Shown: positions 34,403 to 44,354 of the stretch, in pieces
Layout of the letters: each line of letters opens with the position of its first letter
How positions within the stretch are numbered: the stretch's first letter is position 1
DNA from: an uncultured Acidobacteriota bacterium
GTDB lineage: Bacteria > Acidobacteriota > Thermoanaerobaculia > Gp7-AA8
Direction of reading: 5' to 3'
Assembly: GCA_963741955.1 (NCBI GenBank)
Contig: CAVUKB010000005.1
Span: 256,001 to 320,000 of the forward strand
Length of the DNA stretch: 64,000 nt
Position numbers and translations under genes: made by a program
Notes under the pieces: model-generated
The model's database searches: none
What the model was told of the DNA's origin: nothing
What the model saw: the letters and a program-made list of their open reading frames with translations, nothing else

Positions 34403-34452
34403 GCGGCTCCTCCTTCGAGGACGCCACGATCCGGTGATCTCCGAAGGGTCAT
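34399..34452 (-). pseudogene. 17-aa mini-ORF MTLRRSPDRGVLEGGAA, probable deletion scar of dch
   Basis: Its ATG overlaps the oah stop (ATGA) and its TGA overlaps the bcrC ATG (ATGA). Identity as a dch remnant is inferred from position only. Confidence 0.45.
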
Positions 34453-35552
34453 GAAACGACTTCCTCCGTCTTCCGGACCCACGGCGCGATCTCTTCGATC
34501 AGATCCTCGCCCCAGGCCGCGCCTTCCGCGAGCCGCTGGCGCAGCCGGATGAAATCGACTTCGCGCTGCTGCTTCGTACCGTAGTGAAAGGCGCGGAATC
34601 CCGCGTTCGCTTCGGTCATCATGTTCAGCGAGAGCCAGGCGCGGTTGGTCTCGCGGTTGCGGTCCCAGTGCTCGAGCTTGTGCTTTCGAACGCTCTCGAT
34701 CGTTTTGATCAGGCAGTCGGGCATGGTGTAGAGAAGCTTCGTGGTCATCGAGTCGACGGCCTGGTCGAGGAGGGTCAGGTCCACGGTGCCGCGTGCGAGA
34801 AGGGTTTTCCCTTCGTCGCGGGCCCGGCCTTCCTTCGGTTCGCCGTAGACCAGGCGCCCGTGCTGATCCAGAAGGCGGTCGGTGTAGACTAGAGGGTTCG
34901 CCATCCACTCGCCATCGACCCGCAGGACCGGGACGATCTCGGTCAGTCCGCCCATCCAGTAGAAACGGTGGGCGCTCCAGATCTGGCAGAGGGTGGCGCT
35001 GTACATGGCGCGCTCGATTCCCACGAAGAGAGGGAGGAAGTCGGTCGATCCGCCGTCGGGCGCCGAGCCGTGCTTCGGGCCGGCCTGACTGAAGATCGCC
35101 AGATCGCTGGCGATCGAGAAGTCACAGGCCATCCCGATCTCCTGCCCTCCCCCGACCCGCATGCCGTTCACGCGTGAGATCACCGGCTTGTCGCACTGGA
35201 GGATCGAGGTGACCATGTCGTTGAAGAGGCGCATGTACTGGCGGTATTCGCCGGGGTGTCCCGCGTACTCTTCTGCGTACTCCCGCGTGTTCCCGCCGGC
35301 GCAGAACGCTTTGTCACCGGCACCAGTGAGGACCACCGCCACCGCAGCGCGGTCGTTGCTCGCCGCCCGCAGCGCGAGGATGATCTCCTTGACCATCTCC
35401 GTCGTGTAGCTGTTCATCTCCGACGGGTTGTCGAGTGTGATCCAGATGTTGCAGAGACCGTCGACGGGAAGCCCCTCCCGATCGAGGACGGGACGTCGCG
35501 AGATGGAGATGTGCGCGGGAGTTAGATCCGCTACCAGATCGTGATTCTTCAT
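34449..35552 (-). CDS. oah: 6-oxocyclohex-1-ene-1-carbonyl-CoA hydrolase (ring-opening; BamA/Oah)
   Basis: WITLDNP..NSYTT, FCAGGNT.EYAE, VNGMRVGGGQEIGMACD, AGPKHGSAP.GGSTDFL, WLSLNMMTEA. Confidence 0.93.
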   Translation of the reverse strand: MKNHDLVADLTPAHISISRRPVLDREGLPVDGLCNIWITLDNPSEMNSYTTEMVKEIILALRAASNDRAAVAVVLTGAGDKAFCAGGNTREYAEEYAGHPGEYRQYMRLFNDMVTSILQCDKPVISRVNGMRVGGGQEIGMACDFSIASDLAIFSQAGPKHGSAPDGGSTDFLPLFVGIERAMYSATLCQIWSAHRFYWMGGLTEIVPVLRVDGEWMANPLVYTDRLLDQHGRLVYGEPKEGRARDEGKTLLARGTVDLTLLDQAVDSMTTKLLYTMPDCLIKTIESVRKHKLEHWDRNRETNRAWLSLNMMTEANAGFRAFHYGTKQQREVDFIRLRQRLAEGAAWGEDLIEEIAPWVRKTEEVVS

Positions 35553-36673
35553 TCGAACGACTCCTTCGCTGCTGCACCGGCCACCGCGAGCGGCTGCTCC
35601 GTCCGTCTGGGGACGACGATCGCTCGGCGGCGCAACTGATGATTCTTCGCGGCTTCGAAAAGGGAGGGGAGGTCTTCCAGCGCGTGCAACTCGACGTACG
35701 GCGCGATTGCGACCTTCCCGTCGAGCACGAGGGCCAGAGCACCGGGGTAGTTCTCCGGAGCGCAGCCCCAGTTCCCCCGCATGCTGGCGTCGAGCGCCAT
35801 CAGGTTCGAGAGCCGGAGTGAGATCTTCTCCGCCGTGTATCCGACCACCGCGAGGTATCCGCCGAAGTCGAGGAGCGAGAAGGCCGTCTCCTGACCGGCT
35901 TTCGTCCCGCTGGTCTCGAAGATCTTCGATCCGATCAGCCCTTTCCCGGTCGCCTTCGCGAGCCCCCGGATCCTGCTCTTCATCTCCTTCGGATCGCCCT
36001 CCTTCGCGTTCAGAGCCAGCGATGCGCCGTGCCGCGTCGCGAGCTGAAGACGTTCGTCGTCGACGTCGATCGCGACCACTGCGGCTCCGGTCGCGGCGGC
36101 AACCTGGACTCCAAAGCCGCCCACTCCGCCCACCCCGACGAAAATTGCGACGTCGGTCTCGCCGAGGCCCGCCCGGAGCACCGCCTCGTAAGGAGTGGTG
36201 ACCGCGTCGGCGACCACGGAGAGCATCTCGAGGGTCAGGCCTGCAGGAAGAGTGTCCGGAACCGGACAGAGACCGCGCGCCGGCACCATCACGTGGGTCG
36301 CGAATCCTCCGTCACCGTCGTTCCCCGGCATGAACTGGTTGCGGCAGATGGTGGGACGCCCGGCGAGACAGGGAAGGCAGGCCCCGCACGGAATGACGGC
36401 CGGGACGATGACGCTCTTTCCCACCCACTCCCGCGCGCCTTCTCCGGCGAGGACGACTCTCCCCGCGATCTCGTGTCCCGGAACCAGCGGAAGGGGGTGC
36501 CGGGTCGGGACGCCGTCGAACGCGAACCCGATGTCGGTGTGACAAAGGCCGCATCCCGCGACTTCGATCACCACCTGATCACGGCCAGGGACGAGCGGCG
36601 CGAGCTCCTCGAGCTCGAGCGGGTTTCCCACGCTCTTCAAACGGAATCCGAAAGCTCCTCGAACGGATGACAC
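35549..36673 (-). CDS. had: 6-hydroxycyclohex-1-ene-1-carbonyl-CoA dehydrogenase
   Basis: Zn-ADH: GCGLCHTD, GHEI, PAVIPCG.C..C, MPGND, VVADAVTTP, SNLMA, GNWGC. Confidence 0.9.
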   Translation of the reverse strand: MSSVRGAFGFRLKSVGNPLELEELAPLVPGRDQVVIEVAGCGLCHTDIGFAFDGVPTRHPLPLVPGHEIAGRVVLAGEGAREWVGKSVIVPAVIPCGACLPCLAGRPTICRNQFMPGNDGDGGFATHVMVPARGLCPVPDTLPAGLTLEMLSVVADAVTTPYEAVLRAGLGETDVAIFVGVGGVGGFGVQVAAATGAAVVAIDVDDERLQLATRHGASLALNAKEGDPKEMKSRIRGLAKATGKGLIGSKIFETSGTKAGQETAFSLLDFGGYLAVVGYTAEKISLRLSNLMALDASMRGNWGCAPENYPGALALVLDGKVAIAPYVELHALEDLPSLFEAAKNHQLRRRAIVVPRRTEQPLAVAGAAAKESFE

Positions 36674-36897
36674 TTCGATCCCTCCTCCGGATGACGGGAT
36701 CGCTGCGCTCGAAAACGAGATTCTTTCCTCGAGAAGCCGCGGTCCCGACGATTGATCCTGCGGGTCCTGGAATGGCCGCTTCCCGGCCGAGCCATTCCGA
36801 GTTGAAAGCCTGCCAAACTGGTCAGATTTCCCTTTCTGTCAGTCTAGGAGGCCCCCCCGCCTGGAGTCGTGATGTTGGTCACCCGAGATCGTGACGC

Positions 36898-37818
36898 ATG
36901 GCGAGTCGAGGTATCCTCCCCGCCATGAAGCCCCTCCGCCGTTCGTACTTCCGAGCCTTCGTCGTGGTCACGCTGCTGGCCGGGAGCACTCTTTTCTGGG
37001 GAACGGCCGTGCTCGCAGTCGGGCTCTTCAAGTTCCTTCTCCCCACCGGAAAGCTTCGGACCCGGGCCGTACTTCTCATGGCCCGCCTCGCCGATCGCTG
37101 GTCGCGTACCAACAACGGAGTGATCGACCGCCTCCTGCCAACCCGCTTCGACATTCGAGGAGTGTCGGGACTGAGGAAGGACGGCCGTTACCTGATCATC
37201 TCCAACCACTGCTCGTGGACGGATATCCTCATCCTCTACCGCACCCTCGGGGAGAGAATCCCGTTCCTCCGTTTTTTCATGAAGCGCCAGCTCTTCTGGT
37301 TCCCGTTGATCGGGCTGGCCTGCTGGTCGTTCGAGTTCCCGTTCGTCCGGCGCTATTCGCCCGAATACCTCGCCCGCCATCCGGAGAAGCGGGCCGAAGA
37401 CATCCGGACCACACGCCGCGCGTGCCGCCGCTTCGCGCGGATTCCGATCTCTCTGCTGAACTTCGTCGAGGGGACGCGATTCACTCCGGAAAAGCATGCG
37501 AAGCAGGAGTCACCGTACCGGAATCTGCTGATCCCCCGAGTCGGGGGCATCGCGCACGCACTCTCCGCGGCCGGACCGGTGGTCGATCAGATTCTCGACG
37601 TGACGCTCGCCGCTCCCGGTTCGAGGCTGCACATCGTCGACTTCGTGAGCGGCGCCATCCCTCTGATCGTGGTCGACGTCCGGCCGATGGAGGTTCCACA
37701 GGAGCTCACGACCGAGTCGGTCACCGAGCCGGGCGCGAGCCGCAATCAGCTCCGCTCCTGGATCGAGTCGATCTGGAGCGAGAAAGACGCGCTGCTCGAG
37801 GAGATCGAGGGGGAGTGA
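36898..37818 (+). CDS. PlsC/YihG-family acyltransferase
   Basis: SNHCSWTD (HxxxxD), RFFMKRQL, NFVEGTRFT. Start may be 36925. Confidence 0.85.
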   Translation: MASRGILPAMKPLRRSYFRAFVVVTLLAGSTLFWGTAVLAVGLFKFLLPTGKLRTRAVLLMARLADRWSRTNNGVIDRLLPTRFDIRGVSGLRKDGRYLIISNHCSWTDILILYRTLGERIPFLRFFMKRQLFWFPLIGLACWSFEFPFVRRYSPEYLARHPEKRAEDIRTTRRACRRFARIPISLLNFVEGTRFTPEKHAKQESPYRNLLIPRVGGIAHALSAAGPVVDQILDVTLAAPGSRLHIVDFVSGAIPLIVVDVRPMEVPQELTTESVTEPGASRNQLRSWIESIWSEKDALLEEIEGE

Positions 37819-37920
37819 GAGAGGGGGCGAGAGGCGAGAAGCTGTCCGACAGGTCAGACCTGTCGGACGAGTCTGACCGGTCGGACGGCCCTCTCGCCTG
37901 TTGCCTGTCGCCTCCCTCTC
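37818..37920. repeat. Nested palindromic (REP-like) element
   Basis: GTCCGACAGGTC-A-GACCTGTCGGAC at 37844-37868 plus a partial third copy; flanked by AGGCGAGA / TCTCGCCT. Confidence 0.55.
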
Positions 37921-37966
37921 TTCTGAGGCCCGTCCTGGCGCGCTATTCGCGATACGATTCGCCGCC

Positions 37967-39385
37967 ATGGAGCATCCGCACGAGACCAGTCCCTGGTGGG
38001 TCCTCGCCGCCGTCGGCGTCGGCACGTTCATGTCCGCACTCGACGGCAGCGTCGTCAACACCGTCCTTCCCGTGCTCCGCACCGACCTCCACACCACCGT
38101 GGCCGGCATCGAATGGGTCACCACCGTATATCTCCTCGTGGTCAGCGCGATCCTCCTCGGCGTCGGCCGCGCCGGCGATCTCTACGGACACAAGAAGATG
38201 TACCTCGCCGGCTTCGTCATCTTCGTGCTCGGCTCCGCTTCCTGCGGTATCTCCCCTTCGGTGGAGATTCTCGTCGGTCTGCGCGGGTTCCAGGCCCTCG
38301 GCGCCGCGATGCTGTTCGCCAACTCCCCGGCGATTCTCACCAAGGCCTTCCCCGCCTCGATGCGCGGCCGCGCACTCGGCGCTCAGGGCACGTTCACCTA
38401 TCTCGGATTGACCGTCGGACCCTCACTCGGCGGATGGCTCGCCCACTCCTTCGGCTGGCGATGGGTCTTCTACATCAACATCCCGGTCGGCGTGATCGGC
38501 ATCTGGATGGCCCTCCGCTTCATCCGCAGCGACGAGCCGGAGGGGAAGGTGGAGCGGTTCGACTGGAGCGGCGCTTCGCTCTTCACGTTCGGACTGGTGG
38601 GACTCCTCGTCGCGCTCAATCAGGGACACGCCTGGGGATGGACCTCGGCGATCACGCTCTCGATCCTCGCAGCCGCGGTCTTGGTCCTCGCGATCTTCAT
38701 CGCGTTCGAACGATCGAAGAGCGCTCCGATGCTCGACCTCTCGCTCTTCGGCTCGAAAGTCTTCAGCGCCACCAGCGCCGGCGCGCTCCTGAACTACGTC
38801 TGCATCTACGGCATCATCTTCGTCCTTCCCTTTCTTCTGATCCAGGGACGCGGCCTCGATACGCAGCAGGCCGGGATCGTCCTCACCGCGCAGCCGATCG
38901 TGATGGCCGTCGTCGCTCCGTTCAGCGGCGCCCTCTCCGACCGGATCGGTCCGCGCATCCTCGTCACGCTGGGACTCCTTCTCCTCTCGCTCGGCATCTT
39001 TCTCCTCGCACGCTTCGCCGGAGGAGGCTCGATCGGCGCCATCGCTGCGGCGCTCGCGGTCTGCGGGCTCGGCGTCGGCCTCTTCGTCTCGCCGAACAAC
39101 AGCGCTCTGATGGGCTCCGCCCCACGTCATCGTCAGGGAATCGCATCGGGAGTTCTCGCGACTGCACGCAACGTCGGAATGGTCCTCGGCGTCGGCCTCA
39201 CCGGGGCCGTGTTCACCACCATCCTGGCGCGAGGTCACGGTTCGGCCCCCGCGCTGGTCCACGGCGTGGAAGTGAGCTTCCACACCTGCGCCGCTGTTGC
39301 GCTTCTCGCCGCCGTGATCGTGTTTCTCTTCGTCCGTGACCCCGGTCGCCAACACGGGGAGATGCCCGTCCCCGGCGGCCACTGA
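37967..39385 (+). CDS. MFS drug:H+ antiporter (DHA2, EmrB/QacA family)
   Basis: ALDGSVVN, GRAGDLYGHKK, GPSLGG, FYINIPVG; about 14 TM segments. Confidence 0.9.
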   Translation: MEHPHETSPWWVLAAVGVGTFMSALDGSVVNTVLPVLRTDLHTTVAGIEWVTTVYLLVVSAILLGVGRAGDLYGHKKMYLAGFVIFVLGSASCGISPSVEILVGLRGFQALGAAMLFANSPAILTKAFPASMRGRALGAQGTFTYLGLTVGPSLGGWLAHSFGWRWVFYINIPVGVIGIWMALRFIRSDEPEGKVERFDWSGASLFTFGLVGLLVALNQGHAWGWTSAITLSILAAAVLVLAIFIAFERSKSAPMLDLSLFGSKVFSATSAGALLNYVCIYGIIFVLPFLLIQGRGLDTQQAGIVLTAQPIVMAVVAPFSGALSDRIGPRILVTLGLLLLSLGIFLLARFAGGGSIGAIAAALAVCGLGVGLFVSPNNSALMGSAPRHRQGIASGVLATARNVGMVLGVGLTGAVFTTILARGHGSAPALVHGVEVSFHTCAAVALLAAVIVFLFVRDPGRQHGEMPVPGGH

Positions 39386-39407
39386 GAAACGTTTGCCATG
39401 TTACGCA

Positions 39408-40140
39408 GTGGGTCGCGCATCCCGTGGGTCGCGCGCATGTGGGTCGCGCGTCATGTGGGTCGCGCGCATGTGGGTCGCGCGTCTCGCGCGAGGCTCCCCG
39501 GCATCCTGCCGGGGAGCGATGACGTCAACGACACGGCGAAGCGCGCCTCTCGCGCCGCGGTCCGTTCGTCTTTTCTCTCGCGGGACGATCTTCGCGTTTC
39601 GCACCGGACAGGGCGGCGCGGGACGCCACCCTGCATCGGACGGGACGTCCAACCCACATGTGGGTCGCGCGTCATGTGGGTCGCGCGCATGTGGGTCGCG
39701 CGCATGTGGGTCGCGCGCATGTGGGTCGCGCGTCTCGCGCGAGGCTCCCCGGCATCCTGCCGGGGAGCGATGGCATCAACGCCACGCGAATCGCTCCTCT
39801 CGCGCCGCAGTCCGTTCGTCTTTTCTCTCGCGGGACGATCTTCGCGTTTCGCACCGGACAGGGCGGCGCGGGACGCCACCCTGCATCGGACGGGACGTCC
39901 AACCCACATGTGGGTCGCGCGCATGTGGGTCGCGCGTCTCGCGCGAGGCTCCCCGGCATCCTGCCGGGGAGCGATGGCCTCAACGACACGCACATCCTTC
40001 CTCTCGCGCCGGAGTCCGTTCGTCTCTCTCCTGTCAGAACGATCGTCGCAACTCGCCCCAGGCAGGGCGGCGCGGGACGCCACCCTGCATCGGACGGGAC
40101 GTCCAACCCACATGTCATCGGACTGGACGTCCAATCCCAT
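39408..40140. repeat. Mosaic multi-hairpin array 3 (3 units, inverted relative to the other arrays)
   Basis: CTCCCCGGCATCCTGCCGGGGAG at 39494, 39745, 39949; (ATGTGGGTCGCGCGC)n 15-bp stutters. Confidence 0.93.
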
Positions 40141-40300
40141 CCTCCCTCGACCGACCAAACAAGATGCTCCATCTCGACCACTGGGCAGAATATTCTTCGG
40201 TCTGAAGGGTGCACTTCTGCAGCATCCACTTTTCTACTACCTTGCCTTTCAGAACATTTCCGGCACTTACCACGGTCATGGAGATGCTCACGGCCCCCTC

Positions 40301-40315
40301 TGGCACGCCTGTTGC
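40301..40315 (+). promoter_or_regulatory. Putative sigma54 promoter
   Basis: TGGCACGCCTGTTGC, an exact match to TGGCACG-N4-TTGC, 17 nt before ATG 40332. Confidence 0.65.
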
Positions 40316-40331
40316 CGTCCCCCTCACCCCG

Positions 40332-41030
40332 ATGGGATACGACTGGCTCTCGTTCCTCGCCGAACCGTGGTTTGTGATTCCCTGGTACGCGATCGGATTC
40401 GCCGGCGCGATCTGGGTCATCTACGACGTTCTGAAGAAGAACACCCAGGTGAACACCGCGCTGAAACCGGCCTGGCCGATCATCATTTTCTTCTTCTCCG
40501 TCATCGGGATCGTCCTCTACATCTGGACGTGCCGCCCGCCCGGTATTGGTGAGAAGAGCGGAGAGGAAGAGAAGAAGGTCCACCACCAGTACGTGACCAC
40601 GACGTTTCGCAAAGTGGTGGGGTCGGCCATTCACTGTGTCGGAGGTGACGGGCTCGGAATCATGACCGCGATGGTGGTCGCACGCGTGATCCGGGTGAGC
40701 TTCTGGCAGGAATTCTGGTTCGAGTACATCGTCGGTTTCGCGTTCGGCTGGTTCATCTTTCAGGCGCTCTCGATGAGCAAGATGGCCGACAGCATCCCGA
40801 AGATGCTCTGGATGGCCGGGCGCGCCGAATTCTTCTCCATGATCACGGTGATGGCAGGGATGGGATATGTGATGTCGGCGGTCACCCCGCACGTGGTGGG
40901 CGCGCAGCCGATGCCGAATACGTTCGCATTCTGGGGATTCGGCGCGCTCGGGCTCCTGGTCGGATTCATCGCGACGTATCCGATGAATCTGTGGCTCGTG
41001 AAGATCGGATGGAAGCATGGAATGTCGTAA
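40332..41030 (+). CDS. DUF4396-like membrane protein
   Basis: Multiple TM segments; 'HCVGGDGLG', 'YPMNLWLVKIGWKHGM'. Confidence 0.7.
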   Translation: MGYDWLSFLAEPWFVIPWYAIGFAGAIWVIYDVLKKNTQVNTALKPAWPIIIFFFSVIGIVLYIWTCRPPGIGEKSGEEEKKVHHQYVTTTFRKVVGSAIHCVGGDGLGIMTAMVVARVIRVSFWQEFWFEYIVGFAFGWFIFQALSMSKMADSIPKMLWMAGRAEFFSMITVMAGMGYVMSAVTPHVVGAQPMPNTFAFWGFGALGLLVGFIATYPMNLWLVKIGWKHGMS

Positions 41031-41700
41031 GACTCTCACCGCAATCGCGATTGCAGCCGCGCTCGCACTTCCTTCGACCGTCGCCGCACAGATGCCGCAC
41101 GCCTCTGCGCGCACGGTCGAAGCGAATCTCGCCACCCTGATGGACGGCGCCGCCCGGTCGCTCACGCGTGCTGCGACCGAGCTTCGAGCAGGCCACCGTC
41201 GCTCCGCGACCGCTTCGATCGACGCCGCAAACCGGATCACCCACGTCGGCACAGAAGCCTCCGTCGGTCCGGTGCGCGATGCGTTCTTCCGCGCGAAGGA
41301 GACCATCCATCGCGGACGTCAGGCGCTTCAGAACGGCGACGCGGGGCGCGCCGCGGATCTCTTCGACCAGGCAGCGCGCCAACTGGCTTTGGAGACGCGC
41401 CCCACCGGCTCGACTCCCGTTTCCCGCGAGCACCTCTGGGATCAGTTCATCGGCGCGCGACTCCTCAACGCACGTGGAGAGACCATCGGGGAGATCGTCG
41501 CGTTCGAGCGCTCCGGGGGTCAGGTCACCAGCATCCGCTTCGATGCCGGGGGCTGGCACGACGTCGGCGGCTTCATGGACTTCGGCGGCACGCCGGTCTC
41601 CCTCCCCTACGACCGGTTCGTGTTTGGCGGCCCGAAGGTGATCGGCGAGACTCTCGTCGCTCTCGCGGAGGACGTCACGGTGAAGGAACTGACCCGATAG
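41017..41700 (+). CDS. Secreted protein with C-terminal PRC-barrel-like domain
   Basis: Signal peptide; 'FIGARLLNARGETIGEI...GGFMDFGGTPVSLPYDRF'; start overlaps the upstream gene. Confidence 0.55.
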   Translation: MECRKTLTAIAIAAALALPSTVAAQMPHASARTVEANLATLMDGAARSLTRAATELRAGHRRSATASIDAANRITHVGTEASVGPVRDAFFRAKETIHRGRQALQNGDAGRAADLFDQAARQLALETRPTGSTPVSREHLWDQFIGARLLNARGETIGEIVAFERSGGQVTSIRFDAGGWHDVGGFMDFGGTPVSLPYDRFVFGGPKVIGETLVALAEDVTVKELTR

Positions 41701-41709
41701 CTGTCGCCT

Positions 41710-42389
41710 GTGGGTTGGGCGTCCTCGCCCGATGCAGGGTGGCGTATGTGGGTTGGGCGTCCTCGCCCGATGCAGGGTGGCGTCCCGCGCCGCCCTGTTC
41801 CGTGCAACCTACGACGATCCTCCCGAGAAGAGAGACACGAACTCGCCGCGTCGCGAGAGGAACGATTCCTGCGCCGTTTACACCATCGCTCCCCGGCAGG
41901 ATGCCGGGGAGCCTCGCGCAGGATGCGCGACCCACCGTGCGCGACCCACTTCTGTGGGTTGGGCGTCCTCGCCCGATGCAGGGTGGCGTATGTGGGTTGG
42001 GCGTCCTCGCCCGATGCAGGGTGGCGTCCCGCGCCGCCCTGCTCCGTGCAAGCTACGACGACCCTCCCGAGTATAGAGACACGAACTCGCCGCGTCGCGA
42101 GAGGAACGATTCCTGCGCCGTTGACTCCATCGCTCCCCGGCAGGATGCCGGGGAGCCTCGCGCAGGATGCGCGACCCACTATGCAGGGTGGCGTCCCGCG
42201 CCGCCCTGCTCCGTGCGAGCTACGACGATCCTCCCGAGAAGAGAGACTCGAACGGATCACATCGTGAGGGGAACGATTCGCGTGGCGTTGACACCATCGC
42301 TCCCCGGCAGGATGCCGGGGAGCCTCGCGCGAGACGCGCGACCCACCGTGCGCGACCCACCGTGCGCGACCCACCGTGCGCGACCCACC
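41710..42389. repeat. Mosaic multi-hairpin array 4 (3 units plus 15-bp tail)
   Basis: Core hairpin at 41889, 42133, 42300; left module variant GTGGGTTGGGCGTCCTCGCCCGA; tail (GCGCGACCCACCGT)n. Confidence 0.93.
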
Positions 42390-42505
42390 GTCCCCCCTCC
42401 CGCCAATGCCCGTCCGCTCTGCGTCCTCCGTCACAGACGGGCGGCACCCCTCGATGCTACTGATCCTTTGCAGGGTTGGACCATGACCCGGCTCAGGAGA
42501 CATTC

Positions 42506-43249
42506 ATGCATCTCACAGGAAAAGTCGCACTCGTCACCGGTGCCAGCCGAGGAATCGGCGCCGCAACCGCGAAGGCTCTCGCCGCGGAAGGGGTCCACGT
42601 CGCGGTCAACTATCATCACTCCGAAGATGCCGCCGCCGAGGTCGTGCAGAGCATCGTCGCCGCCGGTGGGCGTGCCCTCGCCGTCCAGGCTGACGCCCGC
42701 GACGCCGCCGCCGTCGAGGCGATGGTCGCCACGGTCCGCGACGGGCTCGGACCGATCGACGTCCTGGTCATCAACGCGTCCATCGGCTTCCCCGTCACAC
42801 CTTTCCTCGAATACCGATGGGAAGACTTTCAGGCGAAGCTTCTCGGCGAGATGGGCGCCGCGTTCCACGCGTGCAAAGCCGTGGTGCCGTACATGGCAGC
42901 ACGCGAGAGCGGATCGATCGTCGCGGTCACCAGCGGCCTCGCGCGGCATCCGGGATGGGGCTTCTCGGCGCACACCGCCGCGAAAGCCGCGCTGGAAGGA
43001 TTCGTCCGCGCGCTCAGCTTCGAGCTCGGACCGATCGGCATCCGCGTCAACTCCGTCGCTCCGGGCCTGACCATCACCGACGCGACACAGAACATCCCCG
43101 ACGAGCGGAAGACGGCCGCAGCCGAGCACACCCCGCTCCGGAGAAACGGGTTGCCGGAGGACATCGCCGAAGCCGTGGTCAGCCTCGCGGGATCGAGCTT
43201 CATCAGCGGCGTGACGGTCTCGGTCAACGGCGGGAGCTACGTCTTCTGA
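42506..43249 (+). CDS. Short-chain dehydrogenase/reductase
   Basis: AGGAG RBS; TGASRGIG; catalytic YxxxK replaced by HTAAK. Confidence 0.85.
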   Translation: MHLTGKVALVTGASRGIGAATAKALAAEGVHVAVNYHHSEDAAAEVVQSIVAAGGRALAVQADARDAAAVEAMVATVRDGLGPIDVLVINASIGFPVTPFLEYRWEDFQAKLLGEMGAAFHACKAVVPYMAARESGSIVAVTSGLARHPGWGFSAHTAAKAALEGFVRALSFELGPIGIRVNSVAPGLTITDATQNIPDERKTAAAEHTPLRRNGLPEDIAEAVVSLAGSSFISGVTVSVNGGSYVF

Positions 43250-43322
43250 TGATCCGGGAGGAAACGTCGCGGCGCGTGGATCCAAACGCGAACACCGTGG
43301 CCAAGCCGTCACCCGGCTCGAG

Positions 43323-44354
43323 TCACTCCTCGATTTTTCCTCCCATCAGCTTTCCGTCCCACCACACCACGCCTTCACGCGTGAAGGCGAATGCTCGAGG
43401 AGAAATCCCCGTGGCGATCGGAGTCACCGTTCGGCCCACCACCGACCAGAGCGTCCCGCGGAGCGAGTCGTAAGCGAGAACGAGCCTCCCTCTCGACGCG
43501 ACGCGATCCACTGCCGAAGGAAACTCCACCGCAGATCCGTTGAAGAGACCGAGCCCCAGGAGGCCGCGAAGGAAACCGCGGCCGAACGCCGCGCCTGTCG
43601 ATTGCGGTACCTCGATTCTCAGAACGCGTTTCCCGGCCGCATCTGCGATCGAAAGGAGCCGAGCAGTCATGAGCGTTCCCCGAGTGCCGGCGTCGAGGTC
43701 CGCCGGCACACCCGCGACCTTCGACTGGTCCCCTTCGAGAAACGTCTTCAACTCCAGCGACCTGATTCTGCGCTTCGTCGGATAGACGAAATACGCGAAG
43801 TGCTGATCGACCTCGAGGTCCGACGCGAACGGTTCGATCCGCATCGAGCGCTCGACTCGAAGCGGCTTCGTGGAGATCTCCTGAAACAATCCGTCGCCGC
43901 GCGAATAGACGTAGATCTTCCCGTCCATCTTCCGCATCGAATCCGGATAGATCCCGGTCGCGATCGACGCGCGCGCGCCGTCCGCCTCGATGCGCGTGAG
44001 AGTTCCGGCATCGCGGTCGAGAACCATGAGGGCGTCCCCCGACCACTCCGCCGCGACCGGAGACCCGCGACTCGCCAGCGTCGCGGCGTTTCCTCCATCG
44101 AGACCCACCACACGAATCGCGTCGTTCAGCGGATCGAGAACCGCGATCCGTTTCTCTCCGATCGCGATCGCTCCCGGATGCCGCACGCCCTCGACCTGCC
44201 AGAGACGCCGATGCCCCGATCCGTCGTACATCTCGATTACGCCATCGTGCGCGACCACGATTGCACCGGATGGCGCGACCTCGACCACCTGCCCCATGGC
44301 CCCGGAAACAGCGGTAAGTACCACGACGACGAGCCCGATCGCGATTCGCGTCAT
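43323..44354 (-). CDS. Secreted beta-propeller-like hypothetical protein
   Basis: Signal peptide; ~40-aa beta-rich repeats; coupled to the upstream gene. Confidence 0.6.
   Translation of the reverse strand: MTRIAIGLVVVVLTAVSGAMGQVVEVAPSGAIVVAHDGVIEMYDGSGHRRLWQVEGVRHPGAIAIGEKRIAVLDPLNDAIRVVGLDGGNAATLASRGSPVAAEWSGDALMVLDRDAGTLTRIEADGARASIATGIYPDSMRKMDGKIYVYSRGDGLFQEISTKPLRVERSMRIEPFASDLEVDQHFAYFVYPTKRRIRSLELKTFLEGDQSKVAGVPADLDAGTRGTLMTARLLSIADAAGKRVLRIEVPQSTGAAFGRGFLRGLLGLGLFNGSAVEFPSAVDRVASRGRLVLAYDSLRGTLWSVVGRTVTPIATGISPRAFAFTREGVVWWDGKLMGGKIEE

Noticed and set aside
36674-36897. FNR or sigma54 site upstream of had
   Set aside because: Only a TTGAT half-site, and TGGCAGG lacks a correctly spaced TTGC.
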